From Euprymna scolopes (taxonomy: Eukaryota), in the NCBI GenBank assembly GCA_053919585.1, contig CM132791.1: a DNA stretch of 64,000 nucleotides; one strand, given 5' to 3'. Shown one piece after another: positions 24,356 to 39,180 of this stretch. The translations under genes and the position numbers were made by a program. The notes below the pieces were generated by a model. That model made no database searches. It saw nothing but the letters and a program-made list of their open reading frames with translations, and had not been told where the DNA came from. The stretch's first letter is position 1. Every line of letters begins with the position of its first letter.

Positions 24356-27140
24356 TTAAATTTTTATGTAGAATGTAGAATGTTTGACTCCTATGAGGAT
24401 AATTGATTGGCCAATCCTTTCTTTTGCATTCAGACATTGTGCCATTTTCAACATACTGAGAAAGATCATAAGAAACGTTATTCGAAATGGCATTGTGCAT
24501 TCCTACATAAATAGAAATATATAATTGCATAAATTTTTAGAGTTATATAAACGAAGAGCATGGAGGGAGCAAACAACATACAGAGAGAGAGAGAGAGAGA
24601 GAGAGCGTGAGGGAGAAAGAGAGAGAGTTTAGAGACAAACTTACTAAGTGAATAAATTGAAAATTACAACTAATTAGGACAATCGTTTTTTTTTTTTTAA
24701 AATATAACTCAGTCCTCAAACCAGGTAATATTTTAACATGTATTTTGTGTGATGAAAATATATAGGAAAAAANNNNNNNNNNNNNNNNNNNNNNNNNNNN
24801 NNNNNNNNNNNNNNNNNNNNNNNNNNNNNNNNNNNNNNNNNNNNNNNNNNNNNNNNNNNNNNNNNNNNNNNNNNNNNNNNNNNNNNNNNNNNNNNNNNNN
24901 NNNNNNNNNNNNNNNNTTTCATTTCAGAATCATATAAAAAATCTAAGAGTGGTAAAGTGTAATAAATGGCAGTTTGGAAGCTGAAGACCATGAAAGTACC
25001 ATCATATTGAAAAAGAGTGACCTGCATCATGATGACTTGTGTCGGATTAGAAAATTTGGAAGTCTTAGTTGCAGCTCAGTGTTTCTTGAATACATTTATT
25101 GATGTAAGATGCGGGCTGGGGAATTATAACGGATATAAAAGCAGTGACTAGCATAAAGGATCATATCAGACATTCTGTACCTATTCAATGAAATTAGTTA
25201 AGAAGCTGCAAAAAGAACAACTAAAAGCCACAAGGCGAAGGGTTAATAATTTATGAATTTTTGACTAGTCTTTATTGATATTTGAATTAAGGAAAACTAT
25301 GTTGCAGTCAATGGTGACAAAACCTTGGAAGTTGATTTCTATGAGTGAGTGTAGCTCGAAGGCAGTAATGATTTGAAATGAGAGTTTTCCCATTCTTAGA
25401 TGAGCTGCCTTCTCAGATTGATGAGGTTTATCTACCTAAAAACGTTTAAGTTCCAGGTAACCCACCTTCACCATTTTCATTTCATAGTAGCTGTTCTACC
25501 AAGCCAAGCTAGCAGATGAGGTAATTAATTTGTTGCCATACGGGGTATTTTTAGAAAATGGAAGCTTATTACCATTGCTACCCCTTGGTTAGTTTCGTTT
25601 TAAAGCAAGTTATGCCTAAAATAAGTAAAATAAAACTGAGGCATTAAGTAAATTGTGTTGTTTACGGTTCTGGTTGTATAGGAAGCAAACTTGTGTTTTC
25701 GATCAAGTTTGTCACTGTGTTTGTTTGTGTATATCTCTGCATCCATATTGATAAATCAATTGTCATGGAATATGGTCAAAATCTTGGTAATGTTAGAAAA
25801 TAGAATTGACTTAACTTTGAAATATTAGATCAAAGATCAAATCAAGGTCACGGAAAAGGTTACAGTCACACTTTTGGTGATGACTGTGGTTCTCTTCATT
25901 ATAGAGAATCTCTGGCCTATATTGTAGCCAATGAAGTCCTGCATCTTGCGTGACCATAACCTTTAACCTTGATAATTCATTCATCGTGGAAAATGTGAGA
26001 AGATTTCAACTTTTTATTTTTCCAGATTTGATATATGGAAACATGAGAACAGTAATCACTAATCTAAAATTTAAACATGCTTTAAAGAGTATTTTAAAAG
26101 TACTCTTCAAATACCCTTTCCATTAATATTATGGAACATGTTTGTATTTATCCAACGGAATGAATTATTAACTCAAATTAAACAACCAAGCCAATAAATT
26201 GAGAATAAAATACTAGTCAAAAATACATACAAAAACAAAAGAACTGAAAAATGTTAAAATGTTATGGCTAATTCAAGGCTCAACTTAAAGATTGGTTTAA
26301 GTTACGGGCCAAAAGCTATTATAGCTGCTATTAGCAAGTAAATCAGAAAACGATTTAGCAACGTTTGAGGTCCCTATCTTGAAGAGTATCAAAAGAAATC
26401 TGCATTAAGTGTAAGACCTTTCATCGTTGGCTATACAATTTAGACTCTCTCAGCAGAATAGCAATCGCATAATGAAATGCTGGATTTGACTGCAGAAATA
26501 AAACAAGGTTAGAATTCACAGGAAATCAAATTAGTTCCAGTGTTTATTTATTTATTTATTTTTTTGCTTCATAGTAATATTAGTTTTTATTTCACTTTTT
26601 TAACTGTTTTGATGTATTTGTATTTTACTTGAAGAGAATTTCAACTTGCACATTGAATAATGATACAAATTATTGTCAAAATTATTTTTCATACATCTTG
26701 TTTTATCATAATCTTATATTTTTCATTCACTAATTATATCTTTGATTTTGTACTAATCGTTTAGCATCTCACACCTCCGCATCAATTTACTTTTATCAAA
26801 TTGGTTTTTGAATCAATGACTTTAAGAACATCTGTTTTATATGCGTATTGGAGATCTCAGAATTCATATATTCTTCAAATGTTCAATAATTATTTATAAT
26901 TATACAGCTTACTACAAATAATACTCAGTATTTAATATGCAAAATCTTGAATTATCTTATAATAATCCCCCAAGCAAAATATTCTTAATTATTCCTAAAT
27001 TTGAAATTCAGTTCATAAGAAAAATACTTAGCAGCCTTGTTACTCAAACTTCCCCCTAATTAGTCTTTTAGGCCTTGCATTGTTAATGACAAAGGGGAAA
27101 GAATTACTGTTTTCCAGATCAATTATTGTTTTGAATGGAT

Positions 27141-27226
<86 letters not shown>

Positions 27227-27851
27227 ATATATTGGCAGTATTTCCACAGTATTCATCATTTACCTGTGAATCACTCAATCAGATTAACCTTTATCTCCTT
27301 ATGTTTGATATTTTGATATATAGTGACTCATTAGTAAAATAAATATTATAATCTTTCATTGTTCTCTGATTGCATATGTTACCTTGTAGAATTCTTTCAT
27401 GGTGTCAAAACCTTTTAGCAATCAAAATTTTTGGCTTCATGCCCTTAAAGGCAGTTAAATGGTGAGATTACTGAACATAACCATACGGTCTATTTCTAGA
27501 AGATATAAGTCCCTGCACAAATTAATCTTTGATTGTTAAATTTCTAAACCATTTATATATTAATACTATTGCGACAACTTACTAATCCATCATTGCATGA
27601 TTATCTTCCTTGCAAATATATTCTCATATCCAACTTTTATGAAAGAAAATCTAATAATCCCGACCAAATGTAGTTTTAAATGTCTCTAAGATTTTCTGAA
27701 AGTGGAGTTGCAATTGTATCTAAAATAGCCTTAACAAGACAAACAGAAAAAACATTAAAAGAATAATAATGATAATAATAATAACAGGTAGTATTACTTA
27801 TATGTATTGCATATAGATTTTAAAAGGCCAATCTGGTTTATACTTATTTAG

Positions 27852-28445
27852 AACTAGAAATACGCCTGTCCCAGTAAGGGTAAAGTTAATTCCCTGCACA
27901 CATATTTATTACATATGTCTTATGAAGATTAAAATCAAAGTATGATTTCACTAAACCTTATGTCTGGAATCATTATTCTAATTTTGATTCAAATGAATTA
28001 CATAATATTGAATCTTGAAAATGTCTAAAATGTAAGATTTAAGGGTCTTAAGAAGAAATTTACATTCAAGGTATCTTGCTTAATTTATACTTAATGACAA
28101 CAGATAAAATTTAATGAAAATTTTAAATATTTTTAAATGGGAGTTTGTACCCCTATTATGCCCCCCCCTAATATCCCCTAAAAATATCCCAAAGAAACTT
28201 AAATTTGGAGAATGTTAATTGTTATTTGATACACATTCTTAAAATTTCACAACAGTTTGAGGTATTTGAATTTTTATAAAAGATGTCCACCCCCTTCTTA
28301 CTCCCTTTTTACATGAAACTAAATAAAACTAAATATAACTTATATTACGACCCTTTACACCTAGAAGATGTGTCCCAATTTTCATAGTGATCGGTTAATT
28401 AGCTTAGTAGTGAATTCTGTACATGCAAATATATAAATGTAACAT
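27852..28445 (-). mobile_element. Helentron/DINE-like element
   Basis: Terminus 'actagaaatacgcctgtcccagtaagggt' is the reverse complement of a motif at ~51035 ('acccttctgggacgggtacttttact') and resembles the one at ~21510. Confidence 0.45.
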
Positions 28446-31400
28446 TATGATGGAGTGTTCATATAAACGTGTCGTGTGATATTGTGGGTTGTGTTACTAA
28501 ATGTCTATATTGGCTTCTTCACTATCGGAACCCTAAGTGTTGCAGTCTATTTGCCTTCCGTGATCGTCTAAGTGTGCTGCGTGCATGGGTGTCAGACACG
28601 ACATAAACATACATGTATTTCGACACTCCTCATCAACTTTTCAACTGTGTCGTTAGTCTTTTGGTCTGCCTGGGAATTTTATCTCTTCTCGTATGAAAGC
28701 TGAAACCTGTGGGCAAATGCATTTCAAGACGATAGTTTGATTTTATATATTTTTTTTATTTCCTCCCAGGTGTCGAACGCAGAAGAATAGGAAGTGAATA
28801 TCTCTGCTTGGGTGGTTAATTCTAGTCACCATTTTGAGACACATCAGCTCCTTCCCCAGTGAGAGGGGGACGACTTGTTTAACCATCCCCTCTGTTTGCC
28901 GTCCTCTTTCCAACTCATCTATTTTCTCAGCTAATCAGAACACGTGACAACAGACACGTACTTTCGATGCTGGTCAACTCTCTTCTGATGCAACTTATCC
29001 AGTTTATACCTCCACATGTTTTGACAACTTTTATCAAAACATAGTTTCACATCACATCTCTTGTTTATTTCCAATTAGATAGATAGATAGATAGATTGAT
29101 TGATAGATAGATAGATAGATTGATAAACAGATACAAAGATAGATAGTTAGCTAGCTAGATAGATAGATATATAACTGATAATTTCTCTTCTCTTCCACAG
29201 CTATATAACATAAATATATACACATAACTAAAATTATATAAATAGAGATAAAGATTCACGCTCTACTACCTTAATAAAATCTAGTTAGATTTATCAATAT
29301 TTCACAATAATAAAGTTTATATAAATAAAAGAGTAGATTATGTGTGTGTGTTTGCATGTCTGTGTGTAAATATTTGACAGAAAAAAAAACTATTAAACTA
29401 CTGATCACATAACACTGAAATTAACAGGAAACAGTAATCATACTCTAAGGATGGTTTATAAAGAGTACAATTTTTTTTTGGGGGGGGAGAATGCTTAAAG
29501 TGCACAGAAATATATTGGCAATTTGAAATGCAAAATGTTCATTTCAACTTGCCGACATATTTCTATTTCTTTCTGCGCATGCCTAGATTCAGCTCATTTC
29601 TTTAAGTTTTTTTATATTAAGTATTTCTTACCTATCTCTCAATATTTATATTAGTAGAGAATGTGGCTGGAGTGTTAAAAATTTTGGTTTCATTTCTAGC
29701 TGATGGAACCAAAGTAATTTTTTAAAATTAGGTACAATATAATATTCAATTGAGAATTGGCTCTGTAATAATTAATACAAAATTTGCATAAATTAAAACA
29801 TATTTAAGTGCTCCACCCCTCTCTCACTAGTAAATTATATAATGGATTTTTATGAAAAAACTAAATAAATCAATATATAATTTGTCACTTTTTTATTTAT
29901 GTTCAAGAAGTAGATACATGTAAACTGGAATATAGTGTTTCTTTTTATTGTATAATTACCAATCCCCCGTCTGAAATATTGTGGTATATCATATTTTATT
30001 TGTATGAGAAATTCTTTCATTTGAGGAAAGAAAAAAATCTAATTACAAAATTTTACCCGAGATAACAATTTATCACGAGAAACATTCAGGTTTTTCATGC
30101 AAAAATTTATGTGTTTTTAATCAATGTATTAAGGAATTGTACAATGCAAATTCATAGTTTTCCTTTTTTTCAATTGAAAATCCCTCCATATAAACTTACA
30201 TCAGCTACATTAATACTAAAGATCAATTTCACAAAGTACAATTAAAGTCAGTTACATTCTTGAAATTATTATATATAGCCAACTATTGAGATCGAAGTTT
30301 AAACCAAGATAAAAGATAGTATTTTGATTCCATTCAATGAAAAGTTGATATGACACAGAACACACCATTCAGTTTTATGTTCCTCAATAAACTGATTGGT
30401 TTTACTACTTAAGAAAATGGCATTTTTCCTCAAATAATTTATTTAGTTGATTATTTCAGAAATAAAGATTTTTCGTAAACTATTGAACGTTTTAAAATAT
30501 TTGCAGAGTATATTCACATAGTTGTTATTGACAAAAATTTATTTTGATTTATGTAAGAAATAATGTGAGCGANNNNNNNNNNNNNNNNNNNNNNNNNNNN
30601 NNNNNNNNNNNNNNNNNNNNNNNNNNNNNNNNNNNNNNNNNNNNNNNNNNNNNNNNNNNNNNNNNNNNNNNNNNNNNNNNNNNNNNNNNNNNNNNNNNNN
30701 TATGTACAAGATTCATTCTTAAATGTAACAAACCGATCATTTAGAACACAGTTGTTAGGTGTAAAGGATAGTAAGAGGGGTTATATTTAGTTTAATTTAC
30801 TTTTATGTAAACGGAGATAAAAATGGCGAAAGCTCTCCATTAGGGTATTGCCAATTTTGGGAAATTTTAACAATAGATATTAGATATTAATTAATAGATA
30901 TTCCACAAATTGAATTTTTATAATGTTGGCACAATATACATATGAAAATTCCAATGTTTCAGATTTGCACTAAAATTGATTAGCAATCAGACACAAAGAG
31001 AGATTTCCTGATTTAGAATCAAAATCATTTAATGAATTTTTGTCTAAATTAAAAGAATGATTCTATACATAGTTTTAGTTGCATTATATCTGGATTTTCA
31101 TCTTCATAGGCGACATAAAAATGGTGCAAACGTATTTTAGTCGGGGAATTTATTCAGTACTTTAATTCATCATGTGAAGCAAATATTTTACTGTAGATAT
31201 CAACATATGTTTAAGATGCGACATTTTGAATATAAGTATTTTATAAATTACAAACAGTTGCTTTTCTCGATAATATGAATAAATTATTGAAATTGTAATA
31301 TGTTCCATTTCATTTCCAAATCTAAAATATGTTCATGTTACAAAATTTTATAACAATTTCATTATCCTTTTTCTGTGATTTGATAAAATAGTAAATGATT

Positions 31401-31732
31401 AACAAAATATGTAACAATTGAAAAATCAGTCAACAAGATTTTTTCATATTTTAATTTCATTTCTATCAAATTCTATGAGAACAAAACTTAACAATAAATA
31501 TAAAAAAAGGTTTATTATTTTCTCAATATCGTTTTTATAGACTGTTCAATTGACCTCAGAAATTGGTTCAACTAATCTGATTAGAAAATCAGTAGACTTT
31601 ACAAAATGGTTTCTGGTGGAAAATTAGTCACAAATTTATACTGTAATAGGATTACACACACAAAAAAAAACTATTTGATTTCCTTCTGATCACTGTTCCT
31701 GACTTATTGAAGGAGATAGTCAGTTTCAAATA

Positions 31733-32020
31733 CAGTAGAACCTCGGGTTATAGTGGCTCTAGGATACGTTTTTTTTTCAGGTTACGATGTGAAATACGAT
31801 GTTTTTCCGGCCACTGATTACGATATTTGCCCATCCCTACAGTGTTATCTAAAATGTTATTTGATTAAACTATTGAACGTTTTAAAATATTTGCAGAGTA
31901 CATTCACATAGTTGTTATTGACAAAAATTTATTTTGATTTATGTAAGAAATAATGTGAGAATTATATAGTGTACTGTATTTTGTTACTAATGTTTAATGT
32001 TGTATTCTGGGATTCTACTG
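31733..32020. mobile_element. Tc1/pogo(Tigger)-type MITE with TA target duplication
   Basis: TA-cagtagaacctcgg ... ctgggattctactg-TA. An internal ~90-bp block is duplicated at ~30477-30570. Confidence 0.75.
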
Positions 32021-32294
32021 TATGATGATTCAATAAACCTCTGAAAATTTTCAGTGAATGTATTGTATTCATTTTCTGCTCATAGTAGATAAGGATTTGT
32101 TAAAATCCATGTTAGGGAACAGTGAGAGAGAAGCCTCTACTGATTAAGAAGTAATTTAGCCATAAAAGCAGGTTGCAATAAAGATAGAATTCTCACTCCT
32201 CGGTCATCCTTCAAGATGTCTGGAAATTTTTCAAAATATTTTGATCAATCTTCATTCGTCTACAGTTTTTTTACTCTTATTAAATAAAGCACAA

Positions 32295-32520
32295 TGCCAC
32301 TTGGACGTAAAAGGCTACTATTTAAGATCATATCTACAGGGACACTATGTAGGGAGTTGATCAGCAATATGTCTGTTCACATTACATTTAAACTTATGCA
32401 TGTCAGTACAGTCAGGAAAATGGGTGGGATTCTGCTGCTTTTCGAGTTAGTAAGGGATATTTACGTTGCTAGACACAAGTGCTATACGTTCGTCAGAGCA
32501 CATTCCATTAAAATACATAA
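32295..32520 (-). mobile_element. Decayed 3' fragment of a LINE related to 21550-23478
   Basis: Collinear similarity to 21690-22000: ggctactat, actatgtaggga, aactt.tgcatg.cagtac, cacaagtg...gttcgtcagagca. Confidence 0.7.
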
Positions 32521-35419
32521 ATAAAACATAAAAGCAGAAAGAAGACTAATGGTATTTCACTATAATTGCACCCATTTCCGATTTAAATTCCACCTAATAT
32601 TTTTTTCATGTTAATTTAAAACTCAATCTGAAAAGAGTAACAGTCTTTGGAAGAAGACATCTTAGTTCTATTTTTAAGGATATATATCTACTTGTTTCAG
32701 TTTACTTCAGTCGAAGTTATCAGAAATCAAGGGTCTGCTTGATAACACTTGATCTCTATATGAGATATATAGATATTTGAATATTCCATTAAATCTTATT
32801 TATCTCTCAAACACTGAAGTAGTAAAGAAATTAAGAATATTTGATATTAAGAATTAATTGATTAGTTCATTATATTATAGCAAATTTTTCTTGTAGTCTA
32901 TTGGTCTTGCTGGATTCCAGGACAAGAGTTCATCTAGTCTGGCGGAGTATCCAATATCGTTACTATAATCAGCATCACTTGGAGAAGGTGCACCATTCCT
33001 CGTATAAGCAAGTGTATACTGATGAGATCTTATTTTACATGTTTTCAAGTCCAACATAAACAAATTCCTGATGAACCGCCCCCTAAAGTAAAACACTTTA
33101 TCAAATCTCCAATACTAACGTACTGTACACGCAATAACCCTTATCTCCGAGTGGCTTCCGGGCCTTGATAAGTGGTAACTACCTTGTAAAAAAATAATTG
33201 GGGCTGCAAATAATATTTAATTTGAATATTTAATCAAGGGTTACTCATAAGAAAAAGTATCTTCATGCCAGGTTGACCTGAAAAACATCTGTACAAAGAG
33301 ACCTTAGACACTCGATAATAATGCCTTGTAGGCATTCAAGTTATGTCCCTAGTAAGATGCGATGTGACACAAGATGTTAGTAAATGCTTCATCTTGCTAC
33401 ATTCAAAGGATTTTATGAACAGTATCTGAATTTAATTCATTTCCTTCACTATGGAGGTGATAGGTGCCAGAATAAATAAGGCTATTTTTTAAGCCATTTT
33501 ATTTCTTGTATTTATGTTTGTTTATTTTATGAATGAAAAAGTTTATTCTTCTCATATACCCTAGTTGTTAATAGCATGTTTTACTAAAAGTTGTATAAAT
33601 ATTTATTCATCAATGATCTACAGCCAATATTAGTCTCAATTGTTAAAAATAACAATTTTTATTTCAATCAATTATATCGATTTCTATAATTAATCGTACT
33701 TTGTTTTAGTAGTAAGAAATAAAGGAAGACCCTTACAGTCAGACATCCTTATACAGCTACCTAAATCATTAGTTACTAATTGAATAACAGGTAATAATCT
33801 CTTCGATGGGTCAACAATGTATTGATTTATTCCTTTTTTTGCTTCTTTTTTTTCTTATTTTTATTGCCTTTGGTTGATGGACATGAAATTTTAAAGAGGG
33901 AGGGGAAAGAAAAAAAAGAATAAGAAAACAAGACATCACGATTTCACAGTTCCTCATTCAAGTATTTGTGAATTTAAATATCAACCAGGTTATAGTTATT
34001 TTAAACGATGATTTCGTCCTAAAATCAAACATTTCAATTTACAATATTAAGCAGATTGTTATTTTTTTTATTTCTTATATGTATTTATAATATAGAACCT
34101 ATGTCCAAATGTAGGGAAATTTTGACCCCGAGTGACGCTGGATACCTCTGCTTGTTTGATATATGAAGAAATAAATAATGAAACTAAAGATCGCAATAGT
34201 TTTATATCCGGTGTAAAATATAATTGAAAACAAACAGTCAATTCTATATCGAATATTTGTGAAAACTAAATGAAATATACATTCACTGGTATTACACCAT
34301 TTCTTTAAGTTTAATTTCCATTATTTAAATAAAATTGCTTAACATGCTCATGCAAATAAGCAGATTATGAGTACAATTTTCGAAATCTTACACTTTTATT
34401 TACATAAATCAATTTCATTCACGCATTTTCACCTCTTTTCACTTGGATTGTTTTATATTTATTATTTTGTTCATTCTCATCTTCGATTTTATCCGTCCAT
34501 TTTCGCTTATGGCCCTTTCTTCTTTCGTTTAATCTCTCTTATTCCATGCCCCCTCTCTATCTTCACACATTCCCGTTATCTTTTTTCTACGAATTCTTTC
34601 CTAACTCTCCTTACCCTTCTATTTTCTCACCCTTTTCTTAAAATACACAAAAATCCAAAATATCAATAACCATAATTTTAAAAATGAATTTTCCATCAAA
34701 ATGAAATTAATATGACCCAAAGAATAATAAGCAAGAATGAATCGAAAAATTCAATTTTTGTCTCTGAAATTACTTTACCAGTTTTTATTCCATTTCCATA
34801 TTTTATAATTCTGCAGAACATTCAAACTTCCATCTGCCTTTATTATTTTACAATAGCAACCAACTAATGTCACAATTATATCTATTAGAATCAGTTTTTC
34901 CCTTTTCCAATAACTGATAAACTGATATTGCAACTGTTGTATGCCTTTTGTAATCCTTCTACAATTTATGCCTCAACATTTATTTAAATATACTGTGGGT
35001 GATTGTGATTGTGATTTATTATATTTCTAACTTCAACAATTTGCTATCGTCTGCTTTGATTTTATAAAGTGAAACTCATTTGTTCTTTATTCGTCTTACA
35101 ATTGCAAAAGCATTTACTGTTATTATTACCGTTTTAAAACTTTTTATCATTAACTTTAGCTTTTTATTAATGGGTGCTTCAAAAGTATTTTCCTTTCAAT
35201 AGACTTTTATTCCAAAGCTTATGTGTTAAAAAAAAACTATAATAAAATCTCTTGTTACTGCAGAAACTGAACGACACAATGAAATTTAGGTTCTTTTATA
35301 AAACAGTTTTTCTTTAGTAAGGAGTAAAAAAGAATCATAATAAATACCATTGTCTAGATGATTGTAGCCACTTGTAGGAACGAGCTGTGAAAAACTAGTA
35401 GATGTTCCTGTGATTTTAA

Positions 35420-35730
35420 ATTAATACAAACCTGTTTGTGTGCAATCTGTGGCGTTTCATGTAGACAAGAAGAAAAAAAATGGCCGCTTTTCTCTTTATA
35501 TTCTTGTCATGACATGAAAATGAGATGTTTCTGGTTGGAGATAAAAAGTCTGATCTTTCAGAGACGAGGTAATTTTTGATTAAGATGTCAGAGTAGCAAA
35601 TGTTGTCAAAAGTGCATTGTGTTCTAGAGTTTTGACAGTAGAGTGTTAAGATTTGGAGTTGAGATGTTGGCAGCAGAAAGTCAAGATGTGGAGTAGCACG
35701 TTTTTGGCAGTAGTGTGTCGGATTTAACAT
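35420..35730 (+). repeat. Dispersed repeat, copy 2 (related to 10265-10612), directly upstream of the Gypsy gag
   Basis: See copy 1. Confidence 0.7.
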
Positions 35731-35789
35731 TTTTTAACTACAAGCTATCTCTGCCAATGGAGAAAATGGGAGAACGAGTAATGTTATGC

Positions 35790-38320
35790 AGTGACATTCT
35801 GGCGATACGATCGTGTGGCTTAATAAGATAAAGCTAGTTGCAAAGCTGAAAAAAATCAGTGACGTAGTAACATTGGTTCCAATGAATTGGGAAGGGAATG
35901 TGCAAGCAGTCTACCTTTACATGGGAGAAACAGACCGATACTGATACAGATTAAAGACTGCATTTTTTAAAAGTGTTTTTGAGGCATACAATAAGCTTAG
36001 AAGAGTTACCTGGACCGGAGAATCAGTGGACGTATATGCATCAGACACAGGATTGGCTGCATAAACTGGACGCAGCCTTGAGAAGACTGTTAAGCTGGCT
36101 ATCGTGAGTGGTTTTCTATGGAACTATAACAACAGACTGTGATGGAAACCATGGAGGTAGAGGAAATTTTGAAACATGCCAGAGTGCTGGAATCACATCT
36201 CGAAGAACTAGGGACAGTTGCAGCCTCTACAGTAAACAATCCCAGCAAAGAGGAGCAGATGATGAAAAGACAAAGTCGTAAATGCTTCAAATGTCAAGGA
36301 CCGCACCTGATGAGAGACTGTAGAGAGCCGCAGCTAGGCATTGTCTGTTTTCGGTGTGGCCAGATTAGGCACATGGGCAAGGATTGCTTTTCACTACCGA
36401 GAAACAAGTAAATGAGTAATATTGCGCCAGTAGTCACCCCTTTAATACTGAAAAGATGTATGAGGGTTTGTGCCACAGATAGTGTTCACTGTTAATGGAA
36501 AGAGCTTGTTGATACCGGTTGTACCACTACGCTTATCACTACAAGTGTCACCAACTCTTGGAATGCAATTAGAGCAGTAGATGGCAAAGACGTGGAGTGT
36601 TGTGGAGAGGTCAATGCAGAGATTGTGGTGAGGAATATGTTGCTACGATTCAGAGTGATTGTGCTGAATAAGTTTATTATGGGAATCGACATGGTACTGA
36701 GCCTAGATGTAATAGACCAATATGGAGGAGCTACAATTGCTAAAGGTCAGGTGAAGTTTGGCAAATAGTATGTACCAAGAATGATAAGTGCATCAAGTAC
36801 CAATACTATCCAACCAATGAAACCCAAGTCATATCAGATTGAGGATGAAGATTTTTTAGCCTATTTCGATGGTTACAAGTGGCAATGGACTGCAGAACCA
36901 CCTGTGTTGATGAACCGCGTTAACTGCTACAAAAGCACACTAAAAGGAGATATGGGGTCATAGTTTGAGAAAGAAAGTTAAGAGGTGGATTAACAAAGAA
37001 ATCTTTATAACATGGTCAGGGAAGGTTGAAGGAATTCTGCTACTCATGGCCGTGGTTCAACCTAACAAGAAGAATGTTAGGCCAGTGTTAGATTTTCGGG
37101 AATTGAACAAATATGTGGCTTGCCATACTAAAGATGAAATTGACGTGTATGGAGAAGTTATGGGAGATTGGAGGAGAATAGAATCGGCAACTAAAATTGT
37201 GGACCTAAAGTTGGTCTACCTTGAAATTCATGTAGATGAAAACTATGGCGGTATTAATTGGTCGAATATAAAGATCGGTTTTATTATTTGGGCAGATTAG
37301 GATTTAGTTGGAATTCTGCACTAAAAATTATGACAACAGTTCTTAAGACCATGTTAATCAATGATATACTGGTGAACGAGACTGAGGTGACGGTAGAAAG
37401 GGTAAGAGACCATGTAAAAACGTATGGACTGATGAGTAAACTATCTGATTCTGGAATTATGGAAAATGGAATGACTTTGGGATTGAGATTGCAGTGGAAT
37501 AAAACAGGAAGGCTGATGGTCGAACAGGAAAACGAGATTACCGAAGCCCAAGATGGCCTAACCAAGAGAGAACATTTTTGATATGTGGAAGATTGGTTTG
37601 CCATTACCCTGTAGTTGGATGGTTGCAAACTGCATTCAATTTTATTAAAAGGCAGACCAGTACGCAACGATGGAAAGGTGCAATTGACTAAGAACTTCTA
37701 CTCATGATGCAGGAAGTATTTGTAGAAGTGAAAATAGTGGATCCTGTAAAAGGAGAATGATCTATAGAAGAGCCGTGAAGGGGTAATATGGAGCGACTCT
37801 AGCAGTCTGGCATTAGGGGTATTATTAGAAATAGGTGTAACTGCCGAAGATGCTGCTTGGTTGTGAAAAAAAGAATGATATTCGAGAATTCAGACTGAAG
37901 GTAACTGTCACCGAGGCCCCATTGCAGAAAAATTAAGTGGGCTAACCAGAGTGGGAAAAGCCTGGCTGAAGAAAAAGGAAGATATGGCCTTGGTGTGCTG
38001 TGCAGGAGAGCAGTTAAAGGACCTGAATAAGATGCATGATTCCAAAAAGGATGAACTTCATATCTAGCTAGAAAAGTGAATCCGTACATCACAATGGAAG
38101 ATGTTCAGGAGGTAGTGGAGAAATGTATGGAATATCAGTCGATTGACTCTGCCTCAGCTAAACACGAAAAAGGGGAATTGCATGTTGCAGAAAATTGGTT
38201 GAGACTGGCCATTAATATCATGCATTATCAATACAAACTGTATCTGACTATGATTGACTGTGAGTCTGGGAGGGTAGCAATATGGCAACCAGAGGAAGAG
38301 CTTATTTGCAAGGTCTTCTC
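35790..38320 (+). mobile_element. Decayed Ty3/Gypsy-like LTR retrotransposon internal region (gag-PR-RT-RH-IN)
   Basis: Two CCHC knuckles (CFKCQGPHLMRDC, CFRCGQIRHMGKDC), protease ALVDTGC (~36503), RT RPVLDFRELNK and RLGF, RNase H WSDSS (~37788), and an integrase zinc-finger/core remnant (38030-38300). Many stops and frameshifts. Confidence 0.9.
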
Positions 38321-39180
38321 TCTTCCATACTTTTCCTGACTGGCACAAACATGTCGATGGGCAAACAGCAATTAAGGAGGACGACGGTATTATTAGACCC
38401 ACAAGTAGTTGGACTTCCACGGGGGAATTGGAAGTGATTAGCCATTTCCTGGCTCGAGATTGTCGAAACTGAACTGTGATAGTTTGAGATGCAGTTGGTT
38501 CTCACGAGGAAGCCAGCTCAATCCGACCAGGATGATAGCCACTACAAGTAAGTACCAGTACAATTTACCATACAATTCCTTAACAATAAAACTGAAAGAT
38601 AGAGCAACAATTTTGTTTGACAGTGATTTAAAATACAATAAAATAATGTTAATTCGATAGAGTGAAAAAGAAGAAACCTTTTCCATATGCTTAACCTCTA
38701 TTTGCAGTGTTCCATACCTATTATTTGAAATTATTATGCAGATGGTACATATCCATTCAGTGAATTTTCATCGGTCAGCAAAAAAAAAAAAGAAGTTAAC
38801 TTGTCTTTGTTTACAACATAATTAAATTAATATTAGTTCTGTTTATGACAACAAAATGTGCCGATAAATCGTCATTAGAAAAACTGTTAATCAGTGGATT
38901 ATCAAAGATCAAATTTTCGGTAATCAGCCAATTTGCTTAGCAGTGCATTCCTTAATAAAAGCCAAGAGCCCATATAGTTTGGATAGCTTTCCTATACACT
39001 ACAACTAACATCAATTTGTAGAAACTCACAAAATTTAAGCAAATTTCATTTAAATATCCCTTAATTCGAATTTTAATTATTAAAGTTTTATACATATTAA
39101 CGTTTAGTCATAGAATTAAATTGCTAAATATTTTTCAGTTTTATTTGATATTTTTCTTTGTATATAGCATGGATATTATA

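Noticed and set aside
32875-33096. DADYSNDI as a degenerate RT YADD motif
   Set aside because: A single weak motif with no supporting neighbours.
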